Virus record (IMG/VR): IMGVR_UViG_3300046817_000092
Coordinates: 1 to 58,677 of that record
Length of the DNA stretch: 58,677 nucleotides
From: a virus
Taxonomy: Duplodnaviria > Caudoviricetes
Direction: 5' to 3' (one strand)
This document shows positions 27,976 to 38,158 of the stretch, piece by piece. Each line of letters opens with the position of its first letter. The first letter of the stretch is position 1. Below the pieces are notes generated by a model that was given only the letters and a program-made list of their open reading frames with translations, ran no database searches and was not told where the DNA came from. The position numbers were made by a program, and so were the translations under genes.

Positions 27976-28886
27976 CCACCACTGTTCCCGAAACACCCAC
28001 TGAAACACCAACGCAACCTGCTCAACTAACTCTCGCACAGAGGATTGGCGCAGGCCCGCCTGATGGTACTGTTAAGTACCTCAATGAGTTGTTATATGCT
28101 GAACCGTCAATTGGTAAGACGTACCATTATGGTACAATAGTTGACTGGCCTGAGGAATTTCTGCCTAGTCTACTAATCGACATTGATGGCGGAACGGATA
28201 CGATTAAAGACTTAGGCTTGAAGCATCCGAACTTTCATGTATCTCCACCAATCCGTAGTTTGGATGCATTGAAGGAACTTTATCGTGAGTTGGCCGCAGA
28301 CTTTTCAAGTGGTGCTAGTTTCTATAAGAGCATTTGTCTCGACAACATAACTGAGTTGCAGAAGATGGATATGAACGAAGTTATGGTTGAGGCTAAAGCC
28401 TCTGCTAACAATCCCGAGAACGTAGACCTTTACGTTCCTTCTCAGCGTGAGTGGGGTAAGTCGGGTGAGCGTATGAGGATTGTTATTCGCTCGTTCAGAG
28501 ATTTACCGTGTCATACTATTTGTATGGCTTACACTGATGAACGCGAGAACAAGCTCACGAAGATTAACCAAATTTGGCCAGGTATGCCGGGAAAGTTACG
28601 CCACGAGATAAGTGGATTTTTCTCGGTAATCGGTTATATGTCTGTATATGAAGAAGGGGGTGAGACACACCGGCAGATTCAATTTAAGAAAACGCGAGTA
28701 GTGCAAGCGCGTGACAGGTTCCAAGTGTTACCTGAACTAATGAAGAATGATCCTACGCTACCTGATGTATGGCGTATTATTAAGGAGAGTGGTGCTCAAT
28801 TACACGTTGATGACCCGCTCGCAACACAAGTCGCACAAGTCGCACCCGATCCACTCGCTGCATTATCCGCAGCAGTTACTCCATAA
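27972..28886 (+). CDS. Sak4-like AAA ATPase (single-strand annealing protein)
   Basis: YAEPSIGKT Walker A, IDIDGG, CLDNITELQ; sits between exonuclease and SSB. Confidence 0.8.
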   Translation: MTTTVPETPTETPTQPAQLTLAQRIGAGPPDGTVKYLNELLYAEPSIGKTYHYGTIVDWPEEFLPSLLIDIDGGTDTIKDLGLKHPNFHVSPPIRSLDALKELYRELAADFSSGASFYKSICLDNITELQKMDMNEVMVEAKASANNPENVDLYVPSQREWGKSGERMRIVIRSFRDLPCHTICMAYTDERENKLTKINQIWPGMPGKLRHEISGFFSVIGYMSVYEEGGETHRQIQFKKTRVVQARDRFQVLPELMKNDPTLPDVWRIIKESGAQLHVDDPLATQVAQVAPDPLAALSAAVTP

Positions 28887-28913
28887 TCGTCTCAAATCAC
28901 GAAAGGTGTTATA

Positions 28914-29408
28914 ATGTCTGTTGATGAACAGAATGCGGTAGATGGTTTTCCTGCTACGCTTGACCTCTCTACTGCTGATACTCGCGGCAATCTCATGGAT
29001 AACGGTTGGAAGGATGCAATCGTTTTTGAGGTTACGCCGGTTCTTACTGAGAATCCGAATGGCAACCTGCCTGTCGGTACGCCTGGTATCAATGTAGCAT
29101 TCAAGATCGACGGTGGTTCTTACGATAACCGTCGTGTTTGGAACTACTATTGGATGCCTACCGCTGATGGTGGTTATGACGCTGAGAAGCGCATGAAGTT
29201 GTTAGGTATGCTTGCAAGGTTCCTCATCGCAATTGGTTATTCTGATGAATCTGTCAAGTCTCCTAGCTTCACACTTGACTTCGCTGATATGCAGGGTCGT
29301 GAGTGCTCCATCAACACGAAGTATGATGAGGAGTACGACAACAACAAGGTTAGTGGTGTTAAGGCCCGCAAGGAAGGTACTTCTTCCGCTGGTGCTGGTC
29401 TGCTCTAA
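28914..29408 (+). CDS. single-stranded DNA-binding protein (DUF669-like)
   Basis: GW.DA.VFEV, FKI..G.Y.NR.VW, D..GREC.I, N.V..V pattern; follows Sak4. Confidence 0.75.
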   Translation: MSVDEQNAVDGFPATLDLSTADTRGNLMDNGWKDAIVFEVTPVLTENPNGNLPVGTPGINVAFKIDGGSYDNRRVWNYYWMPTADGGYDAEKRMKLLGMLARFLIAIGYSDESVKSPSFTLDFADMQGRECSINTKYDEEYDNNKVSGVKARKEGTSSAGAGLL

Positions 29409-29543
29409 AGATTAACAATTTGGGCACACCGAGGCTTATAGAAAATAAGAGAAGCGTCGGAGGGAAGGGTGGTTTGATCTGGTGAAAGCGCGTAAGTAGC
29501 CAGTGAGAGGTAGGTGTGCCTATTCTTATGAATAAGGAGATCA

Positions 29544-30191
29544 ATGAAGAATGCAATTATCGCGGCAATCGTTGCTGCTGTTGTTAGTGTTAGTGTAGGA
29601 GCAGCAGCAACTGATGGTCCATTACCGGGTAAGCAGCACTTTGCTAACTTCGGTCCGTTCTGTATTGCTAAGGGACCAAATTGGTTAGCTCGCGGTGGTG
29701 TTATGCGAGCAGTAAGAACGGGACAGAAGTGTTTTCCTGGTGAGAGACGGATTTTCCATAAGAGAATCCCGATTGGTTCGTCTATTCGTATCACTGGTAA
29801 GCAGGGTGCTACTGGATTGACTGGTCCTTCTGGTGCAATTGGAGCAACTGGTCCAGCCGGACCTAGTGGTTCTAATGGATCGAATGGTTCTAATGGTTCA
29901 AGTGGTACACCCGGTTCAAAGGGTGACACTGGTTCTAATGGTTCAATTGGTCCCGCTGGTCCCACTGGTTTAACGGGACCTATGGGTGCTACTGGTGCCA
30001 CTGGTCCACAGGGACCGGCTGGTAAAGATGGCACTAACGGTACTAACGGTAAGGATGGTGCTGGATTAGGTAACGGCACAATCCAGGTTTGTGTAAGTAA
30101 TGGTGGTTCATTGCAGATGGATGTTAATGGACAGCCCTGTGATAATCAGGGACACACACCTATTACGTTGGTCGTAGTCAATTCCGGTTAA
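29544..30191 (+). CDS. secreted collagen-like protein
   Basis: Signal peptide, Cys-containing N-domain, about 30 Gly-X-Y triplets, Cys pair in the C-domain. Confidence 0.85.
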   Translation: MKNAIIAAIVAAVVSVSVGAAATDGPLPGKQHFANFGPFCIAKGPNWLARGGVMRAVRTGQKCFPGERRIFHKRIPIGSSIRITGKQGATGLTGPSGAIGATGPAGPSGSNGSNGSNGSSGTPGSKGDTGSNGSIGPAGPTGLTGPMGATGATGPQGPAGKDGTNGTNGKDGAGLGNGTIQVCVSNGGSLQMDVNGQPCDNQGHTPITLVVVNSG

Positions 30192-30352
30192 CGATCGCCC
30201 TAACGGACTGGTGGGGTGTAACCCGATGCCAGCGAGTTAGGGTATGGGGCACTACGGGTGAGGGCTTTAACAGGCAATACTATATGGGCCGTAGTGGTGC
30301 TAGTAGGGGCAAGGCTAGCATACAATGTTGTCAACACAACGAAAGGAAATAC

Positions 30353-30538
30353 ATGACTGAGATTGAGGAAACTCCCGTTGATCCTGCACCTGATAGTGAT
30401 GCACCGGGTCGCCCGCCTATTGAGGTTACTACGCCTGAGCCTGATGAGGCCGGAGACACCCCCGCTGATGGTGATGATAGTAATACTAATGATAACGATG
30501 ATTCGTCTGATGCATCTACTGACGAGTCTGCTGAGTAA
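30353..30538 (+). CDS. very acidic, low-complexity small protein
   Basis: ACGAAAGGA RBS then MTEIEETPVD...; D/E/P/T-rich. Confidence 0.65.
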   Translation: MTEIEETPVDPAPDSDAPGRPPIEVTTPEPDEAGDTPADGDDSNTNDNDDSSDASTDESAE

Positions 30539-30581
30539 TTAGTATCTAACAGGGGTTGGTGTCACAACCGCCCCTGTTATT

Positions 30582-30731
30582 ATGCAACTGCATGATGGTC
30601 TTTATCAAGTTACCACCCGCTACTTCTGTGCGGGTTTTGTTGTAGAGAACGGCAGCATTGTGGCTTGTGCGCCTATACTTCGTAAGCGCATTAAGTATTG
30701 GGCTACCATAGCCACTTTAATAACCGCGTAA
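30582..30731 (+). CDS. small hypothetical phage protein (DGLYQV.T.YFCAGFVVENG....CAPILRK), not in ORF track
   Basis: 49-aa ORF filling the gap before the primase. Confidence 0.6.
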   Translation: MQLHDGLYQVTTRYFCAGFVVENGSIVACAPILRKRIKYWATIATLITA

Positions 30732-30746
30732 GTAGTCAGGAGATTT

Positions 30747-32942
30747 ATGGCCGTATCAGCACCACCCGCTAATCTACAGTTGCGGGTACAATTCTTCGAC
30801 TACCTGTTTGGCGTCAATAAGGGCTTTCTGTGTATTGCCACCGCAAGCAAGAATAAAGGCAATTTCGCGCAGAAATTTTTTGAGTGGCCTGGGCAACGTC
30901 ATAACGTAGCTAACTTTATCGAAGATATGTACCCGAACCGCGACGTGTGGTTCTGCGTCAATCTGCTCTCTATGCCAGAGCGACGTAAAGAGTTTGCGTT
31001 GGGCAGTACATTTGCATGGTCCGACCTTGATTATGCCAACCCTGCACAGTTGGAGCCGATTCCAACCTGTGTTGTTGAATCGTCACCCGGACGTTGGCAA
31101 GCATATTGGCGTGTTACTGGTGAGCCTATCCCTGCCGATGTTGCTGAGGATTATTCAAAGAAGCTCGCCTATAAGATTGGTGCAGATAAGAGTGGTTGGG
31201 ATCTTACGCAATTGTTGCGTGTTCCTTGGACTGAGAATCAGAAGTACCACCCACCTGTGCCGGTTAAACTTATTAGTATCACCGACACGACGTATGACAT
31301 TGGGGTCTTTGATGCTATACCGGAAGCGATTATTGAGAACTCAGAAGCTACGGTTATCGCTAACAATCCGATGCCTGTTATCGAGAAGTTACCCGATCCG
31401 GGCATGGTGCTTTATCGGTATAAAGCAGAAGGTAAGCTAGACGAGGAATTTGCGTCACTGTATACAACCGCGCCTGATGCAAATGCAGACTGGTCACGCA
31501 TCTTATGGCGCTTTATCCACAAGTGTTTTGAGTTGGGCTTATTGCAAGACGAGGTTTTCGTGCTTGCTATAAACGCAGCGTGTAACAAGTATGCCAGAGA
31601 TAACCGTCCATTGAGTTACCTGTGGCGAGACGTTATTAAGGCCGCGAAGGAACACAGTCATTTTGAGGTACTACTTGGTGGTAAGGTAGAAATAGTCACG
31701 ATGCCTCATCTAGTGGACTTCGATGAGATTGAGGAAGATACGTTCATCGCAGACTACAAGGGTTGGGCTAATGCTGCGACTGATGCACCTGAGCAATATC
31801 ATGAACTTGGTATGTTTATTGCTTTGAGTGCTGTCGTCTCGGCTGGTTTGAGTCTAAAGGTACAGTGGGGAGAAATCGTACCTAACCTGTGGGGGTTGGT
31901 CTTGGGGGAGAGCACCCTTACACGAAAGACAACCGCGATGCGTCTTGTCATTGATATTCTAAAAGACATTGACGAGAGTTTAATCCTGGCGACTGATGGT
32001 AGTGCCGAAGGACTATTGACCGGATTAAGTGGCCGACCCAAAAGAGTGTCTATTTATTGGAGGGATGAAGTTAGTGGACTTTTCGACTCAATCAACAGAA
32101 AAGATTATCTCGCCGGTTTACCGGAGACGCTTACTCATCTCTACGATGTTCCGCCGATTTATACTCGTCTCTTACGGAAAGAGACAATTACAATATCCGA
32201 ACCCTACTTCATATTCTTTGGCGGTGGAATTAGGGACAAGGTATACTCTCTTATCAATGACGAGTATATCCTATCTGGATTCTTACCAAGGTTCTTGGTC
32301 GTATCAGGTGAGAATGACTTGTCAAGGTTACGACGAACAGGACCACCCACAGAAGTATCTACAGAACGTAAAGACAATATCGTTAGATCGCTTACTGATA
32401 TCTGCGAGCGTTATAACACTAGCGTTACGACTTCGATCGCTGGTCAGCAAATAGAAATGCCGATCAAGATTGAAGCTAGATTGTCTGAGGAAGCATGGGA
32501 CTATTATCGCAATCTTGAGGATATTATGACTAACGCCGGCATTGAGACTGATATGTCTATGTTGGCTCTGCCGACGTTCTCTCGTTTGAGCTATTCGTTG
32601 CTCAAAATGTCAATGCTTGTTGCTGCGAGTCGTAGGCTTCCTGACCAGTCAAACCGTTTAGCTGTTGAAACGTCTGATGTGAAACAAGCCGCGTTCTATA
32701 TCGAGAAGTGGGGACATTACTCTATTGATCTGATCCTGAATGCTGGTCGATCTACGGCAGAGAAGGCAATAGACCGCGCTATTAATATTGTCAAACGTAA
32801 GGAGGGATTGACAAAAGCTGAGTTTATGCAACGTCAACATCTTAGTGCAAGAGAAGCTAAAGACATTATCGAGACGATGGTACAGCGTGGACTTATTGAT
32901 GTTAAAGCAGCCGGGAGAGGACACAGGATATACAGCGTATGA
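30747..32942 (+). CDS. DNA primase (RepB'/AEP-like) fused to DUF3987-like helicase domain
   Basis: WSDLD, ESSPGRWQAYW, D.SG.D..QLLRVP.T.N.KY; C-half GES.L.RKT, SAEGL, DE, SGFLPRF. Confidence 0.85.
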   Translation: MAVSAPPANLQLRVQFFDYLFGVNKGFLCIATASKNKGNFAQKFFEWPGQRHNVANFIEDMYPNRDVWFCVNLLSMPERRKEFALGSTFAWSDLDYANPAQLEPIPTCVVESSPGRWQAYWRVTGEPIPADVAEDYSKKLAYKIGADKSGWDLTQLLRVPWTENQKYHPPVPVKLISITDTTYDIGVFDAIPEAIIENSEATVIANNPMPVIEKLPDPGMVLYRYKAEGKLDEEFASLYTTAPDANADWSRILWRFIHKCFELGLLQDEVFVLAINAACNKYARDNRPLSYLWRDVIKAAKEHSHFEVLLGGKVEIVTMPHLVDFDEIEEDTFIADYKGWANAATDAPEQYHELGMFIALSAVVSAGLSLKVQWGEIVPNLWGLVLGESTLTRKTTAMRLVIDILKDIDESLILATDGSAEGLLTGLSGRPKRVSIYWRDEVSGLFDSINRKDYLAGLPETLTHLYDVPPIYTRLLRKETITISEPYFIFFGGGIRDKVYSLINDEYILSGFLPRFLVVSGENDLSRLRRTGPPTEVSTERKDNIVRSLTDICERYNTSVTTSIAGQQIEMPIKIEARLSEEAWDYYRNLEDIMTNAGIETDMSMLALPTFSRLSYSLLKMSMLVAASRRLPDQSNRLAVETSDVKQAAFYIEKWGHYSIDLILNAGRSTAEKAIDRAINIVKRKEGLTKAEFMQRQHLSAREAKDIIETMVQRGLIDVKAAGRGHRIYSV

Positions 32943-33493
32943 GCAAAGGCGCACGACTCCGTAATAAGCGTAAACAAATCGAACACGAAAGGTTGTCTCG
33001 CGTGAGCGCAATTAATGGTACTGGTGAACCTGACGTTGGACCGGATATTGAGTGGGACTCACTTAATCCACCTACTGTGCATGAATGTAGTTTCGCGGAT
33101 CATTTCCATGCACCATTTTGTGACGGTACCTGTGCAGATGTTGTTATGGACGAGCTTGATGTTAAGATCCTTAATGAGAAGAAGGCATGGACTCGCGCTG
33201 GTATGCATATCGTAGCAGTACCGTATGGTGTTGCAGATCAGGTTTGTATGCCTGGAATGAAGATTGAGTTGTTTGAGATGGAAGCTAAGTTAGTTGGTCT
33301 TATTGAAGCTGTGCAAGAAGCTGTTGGTATCAGCGACGAGGCGTATAACTTCCATTATCGTCAAGCTATCTACAACCGCTTAAAGATGGTTCGTGAGGCT
33401 AACGAGAATCGTGTTAAGCAGGAACGTCTTGCTGCACAGATGGGTATTGCACCTAAGAAGATTCTTGGTCCTGACGGTACACCCCTTTCCTAA
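32939..33493 (+). CDS. hypothetical protein
   Basis: 184 aa, ATGA-coupled. Confidence 0.65.
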   Translation: MSKGARLRNKRKQIEHERLSRVSAINGTGEPDVGPDIEWDSLNPPTVHECSFADHFHAPFCDGTCADVVMDELDVKILNEKKAWTRAGMHIVAVPYGVADQVCMPGMKIELFEMEAKLVGLIEAVQEAVGISDEAYNFHYRQAIYNRLKMVREANENRVKQERLAAQMGIAPKKILGPDGTPLS

Positions 33494-33810
33494 TGGCTCT
33501 CACTGAGGGTGTTAAATTAGACGAAGGAAAAACTCGTTGGGACTTGTGGAGTCCTGATGCTTTAGAGGCTACTGCCAACGTGCTTGAGTTTGGTGCTCGT
33601 AAGTATGAAGAACACAACTGGGCTAAAGGACTTAAGTACAGTCGCGTATTTAGAGCATTACTTGGTCACTTGTGGGACTTTTGGCGCGGGCGTAAGAACG
33701 ACGAAGAAACAGGCTTACCTCATTTAGCTCATGCTATGTGTTGTCTTATGTTCTTGCTTCACTATGAATGCAATAGACGCAAATATAGACCGTTCGACGA
33801 TAGGCCGTAG
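33493..33810 (+). CDS. dATP/dGTP diphosphohydrolase domain protein (DUF5664)
   Basis: K.D.GK.RWDL, V..FGA.KY..HNW.KG, D.ETGL.HLAHA.CC..FL. Confidence 0.88.
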   Translation: MALTEGVKLDEGKTRWDLWSPDALEATANVLEFGARKYEEHNWAKGLKYSRVFRALLGHLWDFWRGRKNDEETGLPHLAHAMCCLMFLLHYECNRRKYRPFDDRP

Positions 33811-34011
33811 ATGATTATGACTATGACGCCTGCTGCAATTGAACAGCGTCGTGCCAATTCTAAGGCAATTGCAGATCGTAAACGTGCTGAAACCGAATGC
33901 AGTAGAGGTCACAGTAATTGGCGAGTCCGTCCAAAGAATGGTAGACGATACTGTCTAACGTGTCAACTTGATCGACAATGGTATGGAAGGAGGGGACTAC
34001 CCTACGTATGA
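33811..34011 (+). CDS. small Zn-binding protein (C.RGH...R.C..C)
   Basis: Motif like the C-terminal Zn module of actinophage HNH proteins, without an HNH core. Confidence 0.55.
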   Translation: MIMTMTPAAIEQRRANSKAIADRKRAETECSRGHSNWRVRPKNGRRYCLTCQLDRQWYGRRGLPYV

Positions 34012-34220
34012 AGGAGACAGATCCGTTCATTATGAATGAGACAGAGTGGTTTTATGTGTATACCATAGATTTTGATCAAGACAATTTTGGCATCTTTTCT
34101 ACGCGAGAAGAAGCTGAGAAATCATTAGAAGAACAAATTACAGGTCACGGACCAGCGTGGGAGGATTGTCATATTACTCGACGTATGATTCACGGAAAGC
34201 CTGAAATTGATGGACGTTAA
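34008..34220 (+). CDS. hypothetical protein
   Basis: ATGA-coupled start MKETDPF; GIFSTREEAE motif. Confidence 0.6.
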   Translation: MKETDPFIMNETEWFYVYTIDFDQDNFGIFSTREEAEKSLEEQITGHGPAWEDCHITRRMIHGKPEIDGR

Positions 34221-36618
34221 ACGTAAACATCCACTTGCCGAGTGTGAGAGTTGTCCTCTTGCTAAAGAGAAGATGGCGCCTACTTGTGGTGATCCTAACT
34301 CTAAGGTGGCATTCGTCTCTCGTAGTCCTGGCAAGTATGACATAGCTACTGGTGTGCCATTTAGTAACCCACACGGTTCTAAGGCCGTGCTTGAGAACCT
34401 GTTAGGGAGGTACAGAATTGCGCGCAAAGATATTATTACTACGAATGTTGTTCTGTGTAGAACGGATGATCCTTCGCCTGCTGCTATCAAATCATGCAAG
34501 CCTAGACTTGAGGACGAAATCAAAAATTGTAGTCTTGTTATTGCCGCAGGAACCGAAGCTACCATTGCTCTTACAAGATATAGAGCCGTCTTTACTGCAA
34601 GACCATTTGTTCATAACCGAACTTCTAGTGGAGGAACTCCGCAACGAGTTATCGTCACTAACAATCCCGCAATTGTAGTTCGTGATTCAGACAAGTATCC
34701 AGATATGGTGGATGACTTTAAGAGGGCATTCGATCCTATTCCACCTCCTGTATTTCCTAGCGTGGAGATAATCAACGATGTTGATAGAGCTAGAGTTGCA
34801 CTCGAAAGATGGACAGAGAATCTTCCTGTATTATTGGCGTCCGACCTTGAGTGGCAACAAGATGACACACCAACTTGCGCTGGATTCTCTGCAAGAGGCG
34901 AGAAAGCAGTTGTATTTGGTTTGGGAGCAATTAGCGATAGACGAGTATGGGATCTTATCAGAAGAATCTACGAACGAACTGAAACTAGCTTCATCTGGCA
35001 CAACGGTAAGTCTGACACTAAAGTCTTAGTCAAAGCTGGTGTCGATGCGCGTGTAGACGAGGACACTTACTTGATGAGTGTGGCACTTGATGAACGTCCT
35101 GGTTATCATAGTCTTGAGTATCTTATGAGTACACAGTTCGGTTGGCCAGACTATGAACCCAAAAGTGTTAAGCACTTTAAGACGACGGGAGAGTTTCTTG
35201 GAAAGACCGATGCCGAAAAGAGAATGTCAGAACGTGAGTTGTACAAATACAATGGTTGGGATACAGCCGGCACATTCCAACTATATAATGTACTTGAGCC
35301 GAAACTTGACTCTGATAGAGGCGGTTCCGTCAGACCTGTATATAAGCGTCTATTACATGCAGGAGAACGATTCCGTATAGTTGAACTTAACGGATTCCCG
35401 TTCGATTCAGAAACCGCGTTGAATATTAATGAACGTGAAGCAATACCGCGAATGCTGGAACTAAGCGAACGAGAGCGTGAAATCACCAAGCATCCTCTTT
35501 TAAATCCCAACTCGTCTCAACAGCTTAAAGCAATCATTTATGATGAGTGGGGACTTAAGCACTCTTTGCGTGATGCCGGTCCCAAGAAACTCTCAACCAG
35601 CACAGGCAAAGAAGTTAGAGAGATTATTGAACGTGGCGAATTCATTTCTAATCTTGAAAACCGCACACAACTTATGGAATGGGCTGCGACTCATCGAGCC
35701 TATAAAAAGATTCAGGATATCAGGAGCAGATACATTGAAGGATTGGTTAGACGAGCACAACGAGACGGAAAGATTTACGGTCACTTTAACGTGGGTGGAG
35801 GAACAGTCTCCGGACGGGCGAGTAGTAACGATCCAAACCTGCAAAACATTATCAGAGAAGGGTACGAGAACATCCCAGGTATGCGAACTATGTTCTTACC
35901 TTCTCCGGGAAACGTTATCATCTCGGCAGATTTCTCCCAAGCTGAGCTTAGAACATGTGCAAAACTTAGCGGAGATGATGCTCTATTGGGCATATATCGG
36001 GATAGTACCCGAAGTCTCCATAAAGAGCGAGCCGCTAAGTTTTATGGACCGGGGTATACGAAAGAAGAGTACGTTAAGTCTAAGAATATTAATTTCGGCG
36101 TGACATATGGGCAGGGCGCAGATGCCTTTGCACAGATGTATCATATGGACAAGGATGAAGCACAAGAGTATATTAATGACTGGTGGGGTCAATTCTCTCA
36201 ATTAAAGGCGTGGACACTTGAAACCGCACAGCGAGCAAGAAAAGATGGATATGTTATCTCTCCATTCGGACACAAACGGCGGTTCCACCTTATCACAGAC
36301 GAAAACTTGGGAGATGTGGAGAGAGAATCGGTTTCTTTCCTTCCTCAGAATATTGCTGCTTGGCTCACTATTTGTGCTCTTTGTGATCTTGTGGATAATG
36401 GCATCCGTATTGTGGCTACTGTGCACGACAGTATCGTGGCTGACATACCAATTAGTCAAACTGATGAGGTTGCTGGGATGATGCGTGAGGTTATGATTGC
36501 TCAGGCATCTAAGCAACTAGGTTGGGATGATATCCCATTTGAGGTTGATGTTAGTATTGGACCCAATTGGGGCGACTTGCACGATTGGGTGATGAGCGAT
36601 GAGAGGATTGCAGCATGA
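34207..36618 (+). CDS. polA: family A DNA polymerase with N-terminal UDG-like (family 4) domain and 3'-5' exonuclease
   Basis: CESCPL/NVVLCR/SC.PRL; Exo DLE, HNGKSD, YNGWD; SGR.SS..PNLQNI, ADFSQAELR, K..NFG.TYG, VHDS. Confidence 0.95.
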   Translation: MMDVKRKHPLAECESCPLAKEKMAPTCGDPNSKVAFVSRSPGKYDIATGVPFSNPHGSKAVLENLLGRYRIARKDIITTNVVLCRTDDPSPAAIKSCKPRLEDEIKNCSLVIAAGTEATIALTRYRAVFTARPFVHNRTSSGGTPQRVIVTNNPAIVVRDSDKYPDMVDDFKRAFDPIPPPVFPSVEIINDVDRARVALERWTENLPVLLASDLEWQQDDTPTCAGFSARGEKAVVFGLGAISDRRVWDLIRRIYERTETSFIWHNGKSDTKVLVKAGVDARVDEDTYLMSVALDERPGYHSLEYLMSTQFGWPDYEPKSVKHFKTTGEFLGKTDAEKRMSERELYKYNGWDTAGTFQLYNVLEPKLDSDRGGSVRPVYKRLLHAGERFRIVELNGFPFDSETALNINEREAIPRMLELSEREREITKHPLLNPNSSQQLKAIIYDEWGLKHSLRDAGPKKLSTSTGKEVREIIERGEFISNLENRTQLMEWAATHRAYKKIQDIRSRYIEGLVRRAQRDGKIYGHFNVGGGTVSGRASSNDPNLQNIIREGYENIPGMRTMFLPSPGNVIISADFSQAELRTCAKLSGDDALLGIYRDSTRSLHKERAAKFYGPGYTKEEYVKSKNINFGVTYGQGADAFAQMYHMDKDEAQEYINDWWGQFSQLKAWTLETAQRARKDGYVISPFGHKRRFHLITDENLGDVERESVSFLPQNIAAWLTICALCDLVDNGIRIVATVHDSIVADIPISQTDEVAGMMREVMIAQASKQLGWDDIPFEVDVSIGPNWGDLHDWVMSDERIAA

Positions 36619-37510
36619 AAGACTATAGGGGCTTAATAGCATTACTCGTCTCAGCAGCACTTATGTTTGCGCTTCTGACGGGTGTTGCTGGTATTATTTG
36701 GTGGGGCACTAAGATATCGACAGAAGGATCTGTTGTCATTGGTATGCTTATCGGAGCAATCACGATAATTGGTTCTGCATATCTTGGCGTCTATCTTACT
36801 TATATTCGTACTAGTGGACGAAGGCAGAGATGGCCTGGGGAGAAGAATGATGATGAGGACACGTTAGTACCATGATGAGCGCAAGAAATAGAATGCACAA
36901 CGATCCAGTATTCGCAACTTTAGTTAAAAGTATGTACGATATATTTGAGACTACTTGTGGAACTGGTGCGGGTGTTACTCCAACTGAGATACGTGAAGCT
37001 AGTGGGTTAGCTTGGCAAATATATGTAGAACGTCACGCAGAACCAATTACTTTTAAGCCCACTGAATGGGGTCACCCACGATGATTAAGAAACTTGACAA
37101 TTGTGACATAATCCCGCGTGAGATTTTAGTTAGTAAGATCAATGAGTTAATCGTAGATGTTAACAGATTAGCTCAAATCATGTTAGATGAGGAAGATGAT
37201 TCACTAAAGGAAGCCCTGGAGGAGATACGGGCGACACTCTTCAAAGATGGAAGCATACAAATCATTAAGGGTTTGGATAGTTGTGACTGAACTGTGCAAT
37301 GAACCCACTACTTCAGGGAAGCCTTGTAACATGAAGAAGGGGCATCCCGCACGCTTCCATCGTCACCGTGAATACACAAGAACAGAGTGGATAATGAAGA
37401 ATAGTGACGGTAAGCGAGTAACCTCGGGGGTCGGCATAAATGACTTAACTGCCGCAATCGCTATATACCGCAAGAGTGATATAACCCTAACAATCGAAAT
37501 CCTGTGCTGA
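36615..37510 (+). CDS. four small hypothetical genes (36615-36875 two-TM membrane protein; 36872-37084; ~37081-37290; ~37283-37510)
   Basis: Closely coupled ORFs after polA. Confidence 0.6.
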
Positions 37511-37639
37511 ACCGTCCGAGCGAATCGAGCTATGAGCGGCTGCCCAGGGGGTACGCTAAGGCTACCCTAGGCCGATCCGGGGCTGTCCTGCCAGACTTAG
37601 AGGCCGTCACACAGGGCCGCTCAGAGCGGGGCGCATAAT

Positions 37640-38158
37640 ATGGTTAACCTACCTAGAGCCGAGAAAGTCAATACTGACGATAAACCCATCAAGGTTGTAT
37701 GGTTCGATCCTGGTGGTACTACTGGATATGCAGTAGGTATCATAGAGAATGGTATGATGGGTGTTATTAGTGGGCAGGCTGTTTGGAATGAATGGGATTT
37801 GTACTCAGAACTTAAAAGGTCACACCCAGACATAATGGGTTATGAATCATTTGAATACCGTAAGAACGTTAAAGGTGGTGTTCAGATGAAACTCATTTTG
37901 TTCCCACGTAACCTCATTGGTGTGATGAATCTTTACTACTACGAACGAGCGGCCAATAGTTCACCCATCCAATGTTTTCAACAAACCCCTGCACAGGGTA
38001 AGAAGGGATACTACTCAGATGCCCGCCTGAAATCCGACAAGCTATACAAGACACTTCCGGGCGGTCATTGTAATGATGCACTTAGACACTTGTTACACTG
38101 GTACACTTTCGGTGCAGGTTTCAAATACAACAAACACGGATATAAGGGGTTGGCATGA
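37640..38158 (+). CDS. RuvC-like Holliday junction resolvase
   Basis: FDPGGTTGYA, YESF, H.NDALRH motifs as in actinophage resolvases. Confidence 0.8.
   Translation: MVNLPRAEKVNTDDKPIKVVWFDPGGTTGYAVGIIENGMMGVISGQAVWNEWDLYSELKRSHPDIMGYESFEYRKNVKGGVQMKLILFPRNLIGVMNLYYYERAANSSPIQCFQQTPAQGKKGYYSDARLKSDKLYKTLPGGHCNDALRHLLHWYTFGAGFKYNKHGYKGLA

Noticed and set aside
29405-30079. Minus-strand Pro-rich 224-aa ORF
   Set aside because: Antisense shadow of the Gly-X-Y collagen gene.
33493-33810. 2-aminoadenine (Z) genome pathway
   Set aside because: No PurZ or DatZ homolog recognised; DUF5664 alone is common in phages.
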